Counted from the whole stretch's first letter, positions 41,240 through 54,760 are shown. The stretch is DNA of 62,113 nucleotides, filler included, from Choristocarpus tenellus KU-1152 (GCA_964200185.2; 9 parts of 9 records of this genome joined end to end with filler, not necessarily neighbours in it), one strand, 5' to 3'. A program made the numbers and translations. The notes: generated from the sequence alone by a model not told the origin.

Positions 41240-41956
41240 NNNNNNNNNNNNNNNNNNNNNNNNNNNNNNNNNNNNNNNNNNNNTTAATTAATTAANNNNN
41301 NNNNNNNNNNNNNNNNNNNNNNNNNNNNNNNNNNNNNNNCCCAGTCAATTTTGGGTCAAGCCCATCCTCAATGAAAAGCTCCATCCTCAATTTTTGAAAT
41401 CGGCTGTTCATAGGGGAATTATTTCTTCTCGCGCTCTAACCAGTGCAAGTAGTAAACGATGGTGGGGAGCCCTCAATTGGGGAAGTCCGATTTGCTGTAG
41501 TTGAAGAGTACGATCTGTAACTCACAATAAAGCAACAACGGTTTTCAGATTCATTACGGCGCCTGTAAACTCGAAGAAATAGATAAATGGATAAAGGCAG
41601 CCCAGCCTTCACTCTTTTCTAATGTCGTAAATTCCGCTGTGAATAAGAGTACACCTTCATCTGCTGACCTGATATTCACCATCCTCGCTGGACCCTAGCC
41701 TGTCAGTGTACCTCAGGAGTCCTATACAGATATCAGGGTCATCTACAGACTTCTAGACCGGAGCTATAAATCCCATGGAGGTAAGCTTTGGAGCGTGCTG
41801 TAATACATGAACATGTATTTTCTTCCACCTATTTTACACAACTAGGTACTTCAACAAAAACTTCAGTTAATACCATAATCTCCCCTCTTAGCTGGAGTGG
41901 CCATGGCATGCTTTCTCACCACACCAAAGGTTTGAAATGGCATCCACTTGACGAGT

Positions 41957-42218
41957 GAGTGAAAATATGTTAGAGGGTACGAGTATTGTCCAGTTTGTCC
42001 ATTTGGGACTTGCGTTCCCACGGGGTTTTCTCATGACATTTTCCTACTCCGAAACATTTTGAAGAAGGTAGAATGTGTATGTTATGAAAAGGTGTGTGTC
42101 CGGAACAAGGATATTGACACTTCCTAGCAAACACGATAGCCAAACTTACGTCAAAATCGCTACATTAGGTTTCGGCCCCCAAACCGACGCGACCCTACCC
42201 TCTTAGATACTTTGACTC
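41957..42218. mobile_element. MITE subfamily B, reverse orientation
   Basis: Subfamily B TIRs and core; flanks AGT/AGT. Confidence 0.88.
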
Positions 42219-43627
42219 AGTCTTAAAGTGGCAGGATCAAGTCTGTGCTCGTCTAGCCTCTGCTTGATTGCACAGTCATGTGGACCAAGGGTCAGTGGAG
42301 GTGATGTGTTCATCATGAGTCCATTTATGACCCTGACATGAACACACAGGTATATCCAAACAACGTGACAAGGAAAGGGTATCACAAAGGCATTAGTTCA
42401 GTCTGTTGGATGATTTGAGTTAAACATTGCATCTTCATACCTAACATGAAATAGGGTTCTTACTAAAAGCAAAAGAAAGAAGGGCCACGAATGGAAAGAG
42501 CATGTGTAAAAGTGTCGAAAATGTAAAAAACTCGCTTTTTCAGAGGAACTGAATACTCCACATCCCTAGGTAAGACGTTGCATATCGTTCAAGTCACATC
42601 ACCAGCTCTTCTGGTGAGCGAGGCCATAGCTGTGGCCAATAATTTTTCTTAACGTTCTGGCGATGCTCATATTTGGACCTGAAATAAGAAGGGGGGGAGG
42701 GGGGTAAGAGGCTATAAGGGCACGCAGTGATAACCCTATTTTGCGAACCATGCAAGGTCAGAGTTAACCATGCAAACCATTGCACATAAACACGTAAACA
42801 TACAAAAACAGTGGATCACCTGGTGATTCAATACATGGCAGCAATCTGCTGTAGTGGAGGGAGAGTATCGAAATCCCTTCTCTCCAATAACTTAGTGGAC
42901 GCAGCAGCCAAGTCGATTTATCCTTGTGGGCTTCAGGCGAAAGTTCATGGAGCACGTTAACTGCCTACTGACTGATGTGGGCATTGATGTTGAGATACAA
43001 GCACAATATAGGATTCGTAGGTGGTCTTTCACTGGTCTTGAGATGACGTGAGAATAGGAATATGATGATAAAGGATGCGGGGGGAAGGGTATAGCATTGA
43101 TAATTTCAAACATGGTTCACCAAGAGGTTTGTAAATGCGAATGGCCGACAAGTATGCAACTAGAACAAAGCCACCTGAAGCAACGCGTGCAGTAGGCACA
43201 AGGAAAAAATAGACAACTCAATCTGTGAAAGACACAACTTATGTTGGACACTTTGAGATCAGCCCCTCCCACTCCACCCTCAACAAAAACAAAAACTTTA
43301 TCGGTGATACTTCGCTGAACAAAAGTGCAGGTTACCTGATTCACCCCTTAGAAAGGAGCAAAAGCGGCGTACAAAGGTATGCATGCGATAGTCAAAGAGT
43401 TTTTTATTTGTGTATAAACAGGAACAGGATATCTGCGCATGAAGAGTAACGGCAAATAAACGTGTAGAGAGGCGAGATAGAATTCGTAGTGTTCAATTTA
43501 CTCCGTGCAACCGTGCTTTTACAATGTGGCTCTAGACTGCGACGCACCTTCACCAGGACAACACAAGTTTACCTTGCTGGGTCGTGTCTCTCGATCAATC
43601 ATATAGTTGAAGCCCTATGTGATCCAT

Positions 43628-43870
43628 GAGTCATAGATATCTTAGAGGGTAGAGTCACGTCCGCTTGGGGACCAAAATCCAATGTTGCGATGATGTAATT
43701 TTGGCTATATCGTGTTTGTTAAAAAGTGTCAATATCCTTTTATTCAGGACAAACCTTTTAACTACTACGAAACATTTTGGAGTAGGAAAAATGTCACAAA
43801 AAACCTGTGGGAAGCCAGGTCCCAAACGGACAAACAGGGCAAAACTCATACCCTCAAGATACTTTCGCTC
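43628..43870. mobile_element. MITE subfamily B
   Basis: Subfamily B TIRs and core; flanks CAT/CAT. Confidence 0.88.
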
Positions 43871-44256
43871 CATCCCAAATGCGGACTGTCTTCTAGTTAT
43901 GCTGGTCCGAGGACATATTGAGAACATTTCCTCAGTTTTTTTTAAATCGAGTATGACGAACATGGCGCACTGCTGGAGGAAGCCCTTTGCTGTGATGGAC
44001 TTTGAGGTGGCTTTCACACCTTTCTTGTTCATTGGTCTCATACAGCTGCAAAGGACAGTGCTCAAGCTTTTCATGACAAAGCTGCCGAGGAAGGTCGAGT
44101 GAAGTGTGCCATCATCAAGACCATGATAATCCCCAGTCCCCTCTCCATCGTCTGTACTGTGGTTGGTTTGACCGATGTCCTCCCCAGCATCGTTGCCATA
44201 GGCCTCATTCTCAGCTGACAACTGCCTCTCCAATGACTCCGCCTTTTCTGACATAG

Positions 44257-44499
44257 GACCCAAAGAGTTTAAGAGGGCAGGAGTTTTGCCCTATTCGTCC
44301 ATTAGGGGTTTGACTTCCCAATGGTTTTTTATGCCCCTTTTCGGTTTTCTGTGTGAACACAGTTACCCAAAATATATGTGACCATGAAAGGTGTGTCCGG
44401 AGCAAGGATATTGACACTTGCTAACAAATATGATAGCCAAAATTCATCAAAATCGCAACATCGGATTTTTGATCCCGAGCCTCTTAAACGCTTTGGGTC
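44257..44499. mobile_element. MITE subfamily B variant, reverse orientation
   Basis: GACCCAAAGAGTTTAAGAGG...CCTCTTAAACGCTTTGGGTC with the B core. No TSD seen. Confidence 0.8.
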
Positions 44500-45860
44500 T
44501 TGTGTTATCTTCCTGGGTAAGAGCGGCAGCGCAATCTTTTTTGGGAAACACAGGGTACGTACAGCATGTGGCATCAGAGGAACAGAGACTATTTTGATTG
44601 ACTGAAAACGAGCCAGTGATTTCTTAACCAACTTGCAATGTAGGAAGGAAGGCGTTTGGACCACTCTAAGCTGAGGCCGCTGGGTGAAGAACAGCACTGC
44701 ACCCCTACAACAACAGAGGAACGTACTTCCCTGCAATGATGAGGAAGGAGTCATCATGCGACAGCGGGGCGTATGTTTTGAAATTTCTCCTAGATTCCAA
44801 ACTGTACAAAAAAAGTTCTATTCTGGATCAGAAATCAATTTGATGCTACACAAATTGATACAATCATCTTTCCGAATCATATCACCAGTCAGGGATGAAA
44901 AGTCTTGTTCCACTTCTTACAAAACTCTTGGTCCACTGAATGAATTGCTTGCTATATGAAATTAGATGTCAGGGAATGTATTCCAGAATTTAGAAATATT
45001 CAGAGAAATCTTGGTCACTGTTCTCATATTCAATATCATTCACCCTTTCTAACTTCTCCTTTGATACGTAATTGCCGTGCAGAAAACCCTTGCTCTTTAG
45101 GCTAAAATAGGACCTGTACAATGAATTTCACAAAGTAAGTGTGAAATCCTGGCTGTGCACCCGTCCTGCATCTTCACTGAGACAGCAGAGAGAGAGAGTA
45201 ATCACCTCCGATGCCTGCAGCTACTGTGCAAGGTGCTGGAACATTCAATCGAAATACTGGGCAGGTTAGGCAAGAAGGCTAGAATACATTGTGGTGAGAC
45301 ACATCCAAAATATTGCAATCTGAAGTGCTTTGACAAGTTTGTCAATCCTACCACTATGTTGAGTTGTAGGCTTCCACGGGTCCAGGCTAGAATCTGGTCG
45401 CTACCTGGTCCAAAGGATAGGAAACGATTTGTATTTGACAGGGTGTCTGGAGGACAGCATCCCTAAAATGCAACTCTGGATACTCTCTTTTACTTTTAAC
45501 CGGTGCGTGACCACTACTACTACTATGAAATCCTTGATTACAAATGGAGAAGGTGGATGAGTCATTGCTGTCAATCTAGGGTAAAAACACTACAACCACC
45601 TGACTAATACTACTACTAACTACTTGAACAGCAGTAGTGATAGTTGTATGGTTAGTATTTCAATAAATTGCACGTAAGTGGGGGCTTGGACATGTGCTAT
45701 CCCTGAATTTTTGTGCTGTATATAAGCTCACGGTGCACCAACCCATAGCAACTTAGGTAGAAAATACAACTGGAGTCACTTTTCTGAGTCTGTTTCCTCT
45801 GTATGTGATTCAGTGGCAATATAGTGTGCGGTCCGTAGTGTTTGCCACTTACATACTATA

Positions 45861-47578
45861 CTACCTCTGCGCCATAAGTCTGTTCCGCGTTGTCCATAAC
45901 TTTTGGAGATGATGAAATTCATTTGTGAAAGATTTGGAATCCTTGGCAATTTCTGGTTAGGGTCGGCTTCTTTTTGTTATTATTACTCCCCATCCATCAC
46001 AATTTTATCAGCCACAGAAAAAGCCTCCATATCTACCTTTGGTGTGTTTTCAACCTCACCAGACAACTGCCTCTTCCTTACCCCTGTCTGCTCCACACTG
46101 AAGTCATTCCCCCCTTTGCATCTAAGTACTTGATTGTATACCACAAGAAGGAGCTACCAAGCCCTCTCAAGTGTGGTTTCATCATACTCCTACTGTTTCT
46201 TAATGACCTTCACCATCTCCTCGACGGACCCAAACCGCTCCCCCATCACCTGGCATTTCAAAGGCCTGAAGAAACACAGGTCCATGATAATGAGGTTGGG
46301 GGAGTTAGATTGCTGCGTCACAAGCCTAATTGACCACGCCCTAGTCTTCCCTCCCTGCCCCTGATAAGATTTCTAAGGTGCCCTTGCCCGTGTGGAGGGT
46401 GGCACCGTCTTGCTGAACGACAATGTGCTTCCCCTGCAACCAAGGCATCTTGGTCTTGATTGTAGGCAGTAACTCCTTCATATACCATTTCCTGTACCAC
46501 AAATGGTCTAAAGTACAGTCCTGCTCATACACATCCCCCTTTTCATGGTTCTTGCTTGTCCTGTCTGTAGTTCTTGGCGCACACATACGCCAAACACCAA
46601 GCTTTCCATCAAAGCTGTGAGCCGAATCTGGGCAGGCGTTGGCTACAATGGTCATGGTTTGGGGATATGACTCTTGTGCCGCACAGTAGGGGACCCTGGA
46701 AGGTCACTATCATCCACATGCGGAAATACCCTAACCCTTTCCCCATCAGCCATTACGTAAAACCAGGTTTTACCCACAAAGATCATGTTGGCCATGGAGG
46801 CGTACACACTGCGATTCCCGTCCACTTGGTCGCAAACACATGGATTGTGTTTGCCATGGAGGCGTACACACCATCTTTCCCATCCACTTGATCACAAAGT
46901 TCATTCTCCATACCTTTTGCCACGATTTAAGCTTGGTTTTGATCCAGCAGCAATTCTACGTGGCTCCCATATCATCTAACCACCTTTTTTTATTGTGCTT
47001 GTGCTATAATTCAGTCCCTTTGTGGCCATCTTCATTGTCATCTGACCCACTGTGGATGACTGATTATCGGAGTTGATACTATACTATGTATTGTGGTCAT
47101 CTTGGTCGATGTGAGCTCCGAAGGTCGCCCACTACGTGCCGCTACCCCTAGGTTAAGCGTGTGGGCAAGGGCGAGCTGATCAGTGGTGTCCTCCCAGAGC
47201 CCTCGTATGTAAAACTTGGACACTCCAAACTCCACTGTGAGGGCTGGTCTAACGTGTCGCGGCAGTTCATGCTCACCAGGGACCATCACAAGGGCATGCC
47301 ACACTGCAAGTGCAACCCTGGTATTCAGCGACACTTGGGCACCCTTCCTATGCGGGGGGGTCAACGGGGGGGTTGCCATGCTGACGTTCTGACCCTTGAT
47401 GTGCCCAGTTCTGGCCTCAAATCACCCCAAGTTTGTACCCGATGGTCTTCTACCCTCACCTTTTCTGAAAGCTGAGATTGCCAACCCGATTTCATTCTGT
47501 GGGGATATCGTCCAATTTGGCGCCGTTCTTGCTTGGGAAGTCCAGATGTTGCGGCATAAACTTATGGCATAGAGGTAG
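45861..47578 (-). mobile_element. Full-length decayed mariner (Stowaway/DD39D-type) DNA transposon, 1.72 kb
   Basis: TIRs CTACCTCT(G/A)(C/T)GCCATAAGT flanked by TA on both sides. Transposase motifs SGRP, (D>G)KTWFY, KSHIPKTM, FDGKLGVW, VQQDGATLH, NSPNLIIMDLCFF and GGNDF, with stops and frameshifts. Confidence 0.92.
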
Positions 47579-47587
47579 TAGTATACA

Positions 47588-49310
47588 CTTCCTCTGTTTG
47601 GAACTAAATGTGACAAAACTTTTGCAGCCCTAACAAAGAAGCAAGACATTTTTCACATGTTCGTATCTTATGGGTGTATTGTGCAGACACTAAAAGATTG
47701 CCCACAAAGATTTCAAGCAAAATGGGACAGCCTACACCATATCCGTGATTCCGCCCCTGAAGTCCTCCAAAACTTCATTCCAGCATGACATTTCGCCGCA
47801 TCCACTGTGCAATTCCGGGGGAACTTGCCTGCCTTCTCAGCCTTTTCCTTGCTAAGATTGTGGATTTTGAAGACCTTTTCACGCTTGGACCCCAGCACTT
47901 CACCATAGACCACAAAGAGGGACGATCTAGTGCCCTGCAGGGGTAGTTATTGAGCACTTCCATTGTGGGCTCCATCAACCCCTTGTGTCGGTCATCCCCA
48001 TGTCTTCCTTTAGTTGCGGGATGGAATGAGAGAACCAGGTTATTGAAGTTCAGGTCAGGTGAGTTGACTGCCTGGATCTCTATGACAATGTCCCCTGCCG
48101 CCTCCTTGATTGCTTCCATGATCCCCCCCTTGGTGCATGGTTTTGCCCTGTCCTGCTGCACAAAGATGGCGTGTCCTTCCAGCCTAGGCATGCAGCCCTT
48201 GACTGCCGGGATGACACTCTCGTTCATGAGCTTCTTATACCTCTCCCTGTCCACCATGGCTGGCATAAGCCCCTTGGAGCAGTTGGGGTGGTGTTTGCCA
48301 GAGTGCTGAGCGACCTTAAATGCCCATGATAGACCAGATCCCAATTTTCCCATTAAACACACCCTGTTGGAGAGCATCCTAGGGCACGTCAGAGCTGCAA
48401 GGAAAATCACCTTTGTAATGTAACACTTATTCTGTGCCCATGCGGGGTGCAGGTACACACCTTGCCCACCTTAGAGGATGTAAAACCACTTCTCGTTCAC
48501 ATGCACCCAGTCTTACAAATCGTCCACTAATACCCCACTTCGCCCCCCTATTGTGTGTGTGGCTATGACGAAATGCATCCTGTTGACTTTCTCCAGGTCT
48601 GAGAGGACTGGTTCAACCCACGGCTTCACCTTCTTCACCTCCTTGTGCTTGCACAGATCCCACAACATGGCAAGGGAGACCACCAGCTTTGACTGACTGT
48701 CTGCGAAAGGATGTGTGGTATGCTGGTGGGATATCCCAAACGCTGAGGATGCGTGTTCGGTGGTCACATTGCCCCTCTTGGTGTTGTACAAGGTCCATGC
48801 ATTCACCCAGTGTGATCAGGCTGTCACACTCCTTCAGATGACGGAACATGGCGTTTTGGGGAAATTCTGAAGTCCTTCACGATGGCCACTACTGCCATCC
48901 CCCAAGGCTTCTGAGTCTCACTCCCTCTCACCTCTAGGCATCACACCACCATGCTGTTTGTTGGAGTGTTTTAGTCCTGACCCCGAACAGACTTCTTGCC
49001 CAAAGAATTGGAACTGACGGGGGACGACAGGATGAGCGAGCTCTTTGAACAATGGCGGGCCTTCATCCTAGACATAACAATAAACACCCGCTTTGACTGT
49101 TTCATGAGATTTTGAAACCCATCAAATGCAACTTGGTCAACTTTTGAGCTGGTGATCCTCCACTCATGACAGCCCACCATCTCAAACTATGCACACTTCC
49201 TCATCTATAAGACCACTAAGCCTCGACCAGAGGGTTTAGCACGTGGGTCGTTCCCGGTCGAGAATGGAGCTTCCAAAAGTTATGTTACATTTAATTCCGA
49301 ACGGAGAAAG
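47588..49310 (-). mobile_element. Second full-length decayed mariner (Stowaway/DD39D-type), different subfamily, 1.72 kb
   Basis: ~37-bp TIRs CTT(C/T)CTC(T/C)GTT(T/C)GGAA(C/T)TAAATGT. Motifs VHVNEKWFY, YITKVIFLAA, FVQQDRAKP and NSPDLN, with frameshifts. Confidence 0.9.
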
Positions 49311-51856
49311 TGAATAAATACCAACGAGTGACAGAACAGGTAAGTAAGCGTTGTATAGAATCTGGGTGGGGGTAACAAAAAAAAAAATTCCTTGAAAAAC
49401 AAAACTAGTGACAGACCGGGCATTTTTCTCAGCTGATGGATACCCTTGGAAGAACTTCTTAAGTTTGACTTGTGAGGTACAATCATGCATGGGACTTGCT
49501 GTCTCCACTCTGCTTCTGTAAGTAGAGATTGCAATATGCAACGAAATTCATTCTAAAGCTGTACAACTATACCCACCTGTGCTTACCTATTTTTTCCGAT
49601 GAGGACCCAGCCTTTCCCGTAAGAAATAATACGGGTCAGAAAAAAATGAGAGATTAATTGGGAGCGATAGCAGATCATAATAACTGCATGCTACTACTAA
49701 TGAACAAAGTCAGTAAAATCTCACTCATTCCCAGTCATCTTACACATGCTTTGAAGCAAACAGACGAGACGACGATAACACAAACTCAGACACACCCGGT
49801 TACACTCAAGTCTGAGCAAACAAGTGCGGGCAATGAACTGATAAAACTCCGCACAAAGAAAAACAAATACACTGCATCGAGGCCAATGGATACCTGACCC
49901 ATCACACCACAGCACGACAAGCGATAAAATGCTTTAAAATTTTCTTATAAGAATGTCGGAATTTAGTTTTGTCTAGTTTCCTCGCCATAACATCCACCAC
50001 CCACCATGTGCTTCTCCGACTGCACAGTATCATAGCTTGCCAACACAACATTAATTGCAAACAAAATCAATCGTGGGCACCCCCACCAAACACCTGAAAG
50101 ATCACACTACCCAACAATCTCCCTTCTGCATCTCCTAGTATCTCACCTATCTCACATCAATACCCCCATTTGCACCCCCTAATATACAAGCAAGTAAAAA
50201 TGTCTCCACACCCTTCAGGGATCAGCTTGCAAACATAGCTGATGCCAGCAAGACGTCACATATCCCTTGCACTTGCCCCAGTACATATCCCTTCTCCTTC
50301 ACTACCTCGTCCGGCTCTCTTGGAAAACGAACATTCTCTTAGTAGACAAGACTATTGGGGGAAGACAGGGGATACCAGGTTTAGACCTTATGTCAATTCA
50401 AGAATGTGCAACACTCTACCTGCAATCGTTTGACCCTCAAAATCCTGCCAGATGGAAACAACTGTACCAGCAAGGAAGTGCACATCTCTACCTCAATGAT
50501 GGAGGCAGATTCTATCTTGACGTTCTACAGTAGTACAATATAAGATTCACAGGTTAACAACATTACCCTCTTCAATCCCCACCCACCCACCCACCCACAG
50601 ATGTATAGGGCTCCCTCCCTCCCCCAAGCTTCGTGACAAAAAATGGTGACACAGGGTCATACACGACCTTTGACTAACACCATTTTCCAGCACCAACCAA
50701 ACATAAGAAAATTACTACCTGAAATTCTTGCATTGCTATCTCTCCCCCCCTCTGGGGGAGGGGGGGAAGGAGGGAGAAAAAGACCACTACCTACAACTTT
50801 GTCAAAGCCCAATAGAGTCAAGACCTCCCCCACTATGCATACAAACCTACAGACAGCACAACCCCATCATCAACAACAAAAAACAACTCCCTCCAACAAT
50901 ACTCAAAATGGGAAGTAAGGAGTCCCATCCTGAACAACCCACCCCCAACAACGAATCATCCACCCTCGAACAAAATCAACCTCTCTTTAATCAAGACACC
51001 AAGATTACTCCATTCCCATTACCAGCACCACCAGATCCTCTTCCCCCCCCCCCCCCCCCCCCCACCCCTCCCCTTACAGCAGGGAAGGAACCCTCACACA
51101 CCTCACCCCCCCNNNNNNNNNNNNNNNNNNNNNNNNNNNNNNNNNNNNNNNNNNNNTTAATTAATTAANNNNNNNNNNNNNNNNNNNNNNNNNNNNNNNN
51201 NNNNNNNNNNNNCCCCATGTCCGATCACTCCTCCCCTGATCCATTGCCCCCCCACCTTTCCCCTGCACTCTGCAACACCACATCTGCCTGGATCACTCAT
51301 ATTGACCAATCACAGCATCTTAGCTATATTTTCCCTTCAACTTTCCATAAGACTCCTTTCTTTCTTTCCATCCTCCATGGAAGAATCATCACTTGGTGTT
51401 TCGCCGAGTTCTCTCGAGAGTTTGGGAGGATGGTCGAGGACTTGATGGTGCTAGCACTCAACGTTCATTCCCTCCCGATAGGTCAGCCTATATTTCTGGG
51501 CAAGACCAGGACCGCATCTTGAATACCTCTTCCGTGGCCATAGGTAAGTGGTCAGTGCATACCTACACTGCACTGCTTGCGGGTCACCCCACCCCTCCTT
51601 ACCTTCTCCCCCCTCCCTTAGTTGCCCCACTCTTCTCCTGGGTGATATCCGTCTCTCATCCTTCTGCCTATTACCCACCTCCCCCTCCACACTCCCATGC
51701 TGTCCACCACCCACTATCCCAAATACTTAAGCACCTCAAACCCTCTATATCACTCACCAACCCTACTGCCACCTCTGTTCCATCATACATCTAATTCCAC
51801 AACATCCAACCTTAACTTACCAACTACCACCACCAATCCGCTTTACCCATTCCAAT

Positions 51857-52113
51857 AAGTGAAAGTATCTTATTTGTTACGAGTTTTGCCCTGTTTGTCC
51901 ATTTGGAGCTTGGCTTCCCATGTTTTTTTGTGACATTTTCCTACTCCAAAACATTTTGGAGTAGGTCAAATGTGTATGTTATTAAAAGCTGTGTCCGGGA
52001 CAAGGATATTGACACTTCCTAACAAACACGATTGCCAAACTTACATCAAAATCGCAACAATGGATTTTGGCCCCCAAATGGACGCGGGCCTACCCTCTAA
52101 GATTCTTTGGATC
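51857..52113. mobile_element. MITE subfamily B, reverse orientation
   Basis: Subfamily B TIRs and core; flanks AAT/AAT. Confidence 0.88.
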
Positions 52114-52309
52114 AATACCTGCCATCCAGCCGACTCCAAGATCCCATCTATGACTACACTCACAAAGTTTGGAAATGCTCCCTTATACTACACCCATCCC
52201 AGGATCCCCTTACCGCCCCTGGTACCACATCCTTAGTTTTGAATTTTTCTAAATTTAATTCCTCCACAAGCCCACCTTCCCCTACCCCGCACATGCTATA
52301 AGAATCTTG

Positions 52310-52568
52310 GAGTCAAAGTATCTTAGAGGGTAGGGCCGCGTTCATTTGGGGACCAAAATCCAATGTTGCGATTTTGAGGTAATTTTGGCTATCGTGTTTG
52401 CTAGGAAGTGTCAATATCCTTGTTCCGGACAAACCTTTCCATAAAATGAGCATATTACCTACTCCGAAAAAATTTGGAGTAGGAAAATGTCATTAAAAAA
52501 AACATGGGAAAACAAGCACCAAATGGACAAACCGGGTAAAACGTGTACCCTCTAAGATACTTTCACTC
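52310..52568. mobile_element. MITE subfamily B
   Basis: GAGTCAAAGTATCTTAGAGGGTA...TACCCTCTAAGATACTTTCACTC; 4-bp TSD CTTG. Confidence 0.92.
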
Positions 52569-53771
52569 CTTGGCCACATTATTTTCCTGAGTTAGGCCAC
52601 CAAGGCAGATCCTTCCCTTGCCAATATCCCCTCAACTGGGGGTGGGCACCTAGCGATACCTCTCACTCCCCCCACCCTGCCCCAAGAGGACGAGGTGGGG
52701 GGGAAACAGGGCTGGTAAGGATAAAACCTAAGGGGGGGCGCGTCAAGATTGTGAAAGTAGCAGTGCAGCGTGTCAGGGGACTGAAAGTGTGTCCCGAGAC
52801 AAGATAAGACCCCTCCCCATCTCTCTCAGATGGAAGCCCAGACCACCTTCACTCATAGGCACTCTACCGGTGGGGTGTTCACACCCCAAACAGCATAAAC
52901 TACTTATTTTGGATGACTTTAGGGTGGTGGGCCAATTTTTCCCGCACAAAATGCACAAATTTATTCTTCACAAAAAATATTTATTTCTCCACACTATGCG
53001 AATCGTCAGTTGTGGGGGGTGCAATCAATCAATATGGCATGCTTCATGTTGTTCACCATGTCCCCAGCATCCTGTGCATTCCGTTGGGAAGATGACAGCA
53101 TCCGTGCTCATTATGATGATATCTCTCATTTATTCATTGTTTATTTCTGACTAGATCTGGTAGGTGAATGCCTACACCGAGGTCATAAATATATGGCAAT
53201 ACACAAACCTACGCCTCTGCCAACGTCTTCTCTGTCCAACAACAGTAGTACAGAGTCTGTACTTATATAAGAGGGGTCGATATAAGAGAAAACGGGATAT
53301 AAGAGAGGGTAAATTGCCACGTCACAACTTTTTAGGCTGTAAGAGAAGCTTCGCCGTTTTCCTCCCAATTCTCTCTTATATCCAACAAACTTGCATTTTT
53401 TTTTTAACTACTTGATCGAGGGGTTTCCCAAAAGGCCATATCTAAAGTTAAGCAAAATATAACAAAGTAAGGCACAAAGCTGCTCGACACCAGCAGTACA
53501 CAACATAGCAGTCTTTTTTCTCTCAGTACTGCACAGTAGAGTACATATATGGTATATATTGGTACTAATAGCTTGTGCGTTTGGGGCCGTCCTGTCATAA
53601 CGTTTGATGTAGACATCGGATATAAAAAATAAAACTATATTCGTGATGCCCGTCACAATGCCCTCCAGAGGACGGGCTTTCATCATTTTTTTCTATTTTT
53701 GAAGAAAGACCGGTCATATTGGGCTTCGAACCCTGGATTGTAGGTCACCAAGAGTGGTAACAGATATACTA

Positions 53772-54760
53772 TTACTTGATTAAAGTATAGGGCTTAGACG
53801 GGAAAAAAGCCTCCCCACCCTTTCTTTCTGTGTGTTCACGCACCCACTCTTTGACCTCGGCAAGGATGTCCTCGTCGAGGTCCAGGACGAAACGCCTCTT
53901 GTTGCGCCCTTGCTCCGACACCTTGATGTGGCTCTTAGTTAGGAATTCTCTCTCCCATTTCATCACAGTTTTCGACCTGACCATCGCATATCCTGCTGTC
54001 ATCTCGAGCACCGTTTGACGGTCTTTCCCGTCGTTCATACACAGATATACAGGATTTGCAGTGTTAGAGCCTTTACTATCACATTTCCTCGTTGAGCACC
54101 GGAAATGTGTTACCTTCTTCCGGGCTTCAGAGCCCTTGTAGCCCAACCCTAACACCTTATTTCTCGTTTCCTAAGCCACTCTGGCTCACATAGCTTCCAA
54201 ACAGCTAGGGCCTGCTGCAACTGTCGACTACTAAGATATTCTACACTTGGGTTTTTGCTTAGGCGTTTCCTGAGCGCAATGGCACTCAGTCGCACTGCTC
54301 TCCTCCCCAACCTTCCCTTCGGGCGGTCACTCTGGTTCTCCCTTTGCCTGCTGTGACCAGGCTTCCCCACAGACTTCGTCACTGTACCACACCTGGTGAT
54401 GGACTCGCTGCTCTCTTCCTGCTTTCCTGAGGTGGCAGAGACTGCAGAGCAGTGCTCCAACGTGGTTGAAGATCCAACCATGTTTGTGTGGTAATGCTTT
54501 CAACGCATCTTCTCTCAGCATCAATGTCGCGGCCGCGACGTGGTTCATTTCGCGATTTGATCATGCTGCAGCGCCACTTTAGTCGCACTTTCTCGTCACC
54601 TAACATCGCACCGAGTCTCACACGGTACTTGCTTTTCTGTCGCCTCTCGACAGAGAAGGTGCTGAGGGTAGATCCAAGGGGCAGAGTGACCTCGGCGGCT
54701 CTCCTTGTCTCACCGTTGTGGTCCATATTGCTGAGTGGGTCACCTGTTTGTATGTTCACA
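53772..54760 (-). pseudogene. N-terminal fragment of a probable IS630/Tc1-like transposase
   Basis: KTVMKWEREFL..SEQGRNKRRFVL..DEDILAEVKEWVREH..KGG resembles the HTH/linker region of large eukaryotic IS630-like transposases. Upstream frames are broken and no catalytic domain is seen. Confidence 0.45.

Noticed and set aside
3465-51212. Regularly recurring palindrome TTAATTAATTAA
   Set aside because: It is always centred in a 100-nt N spacer, so it is an assembly linker. Cross-gap gene neighbourhoods were also disregarded.
50200-51800. Pro-rich ORFs
   Set aside because: They derive from C-rich low-complexity sequence at contig ends; no recognisable domain.
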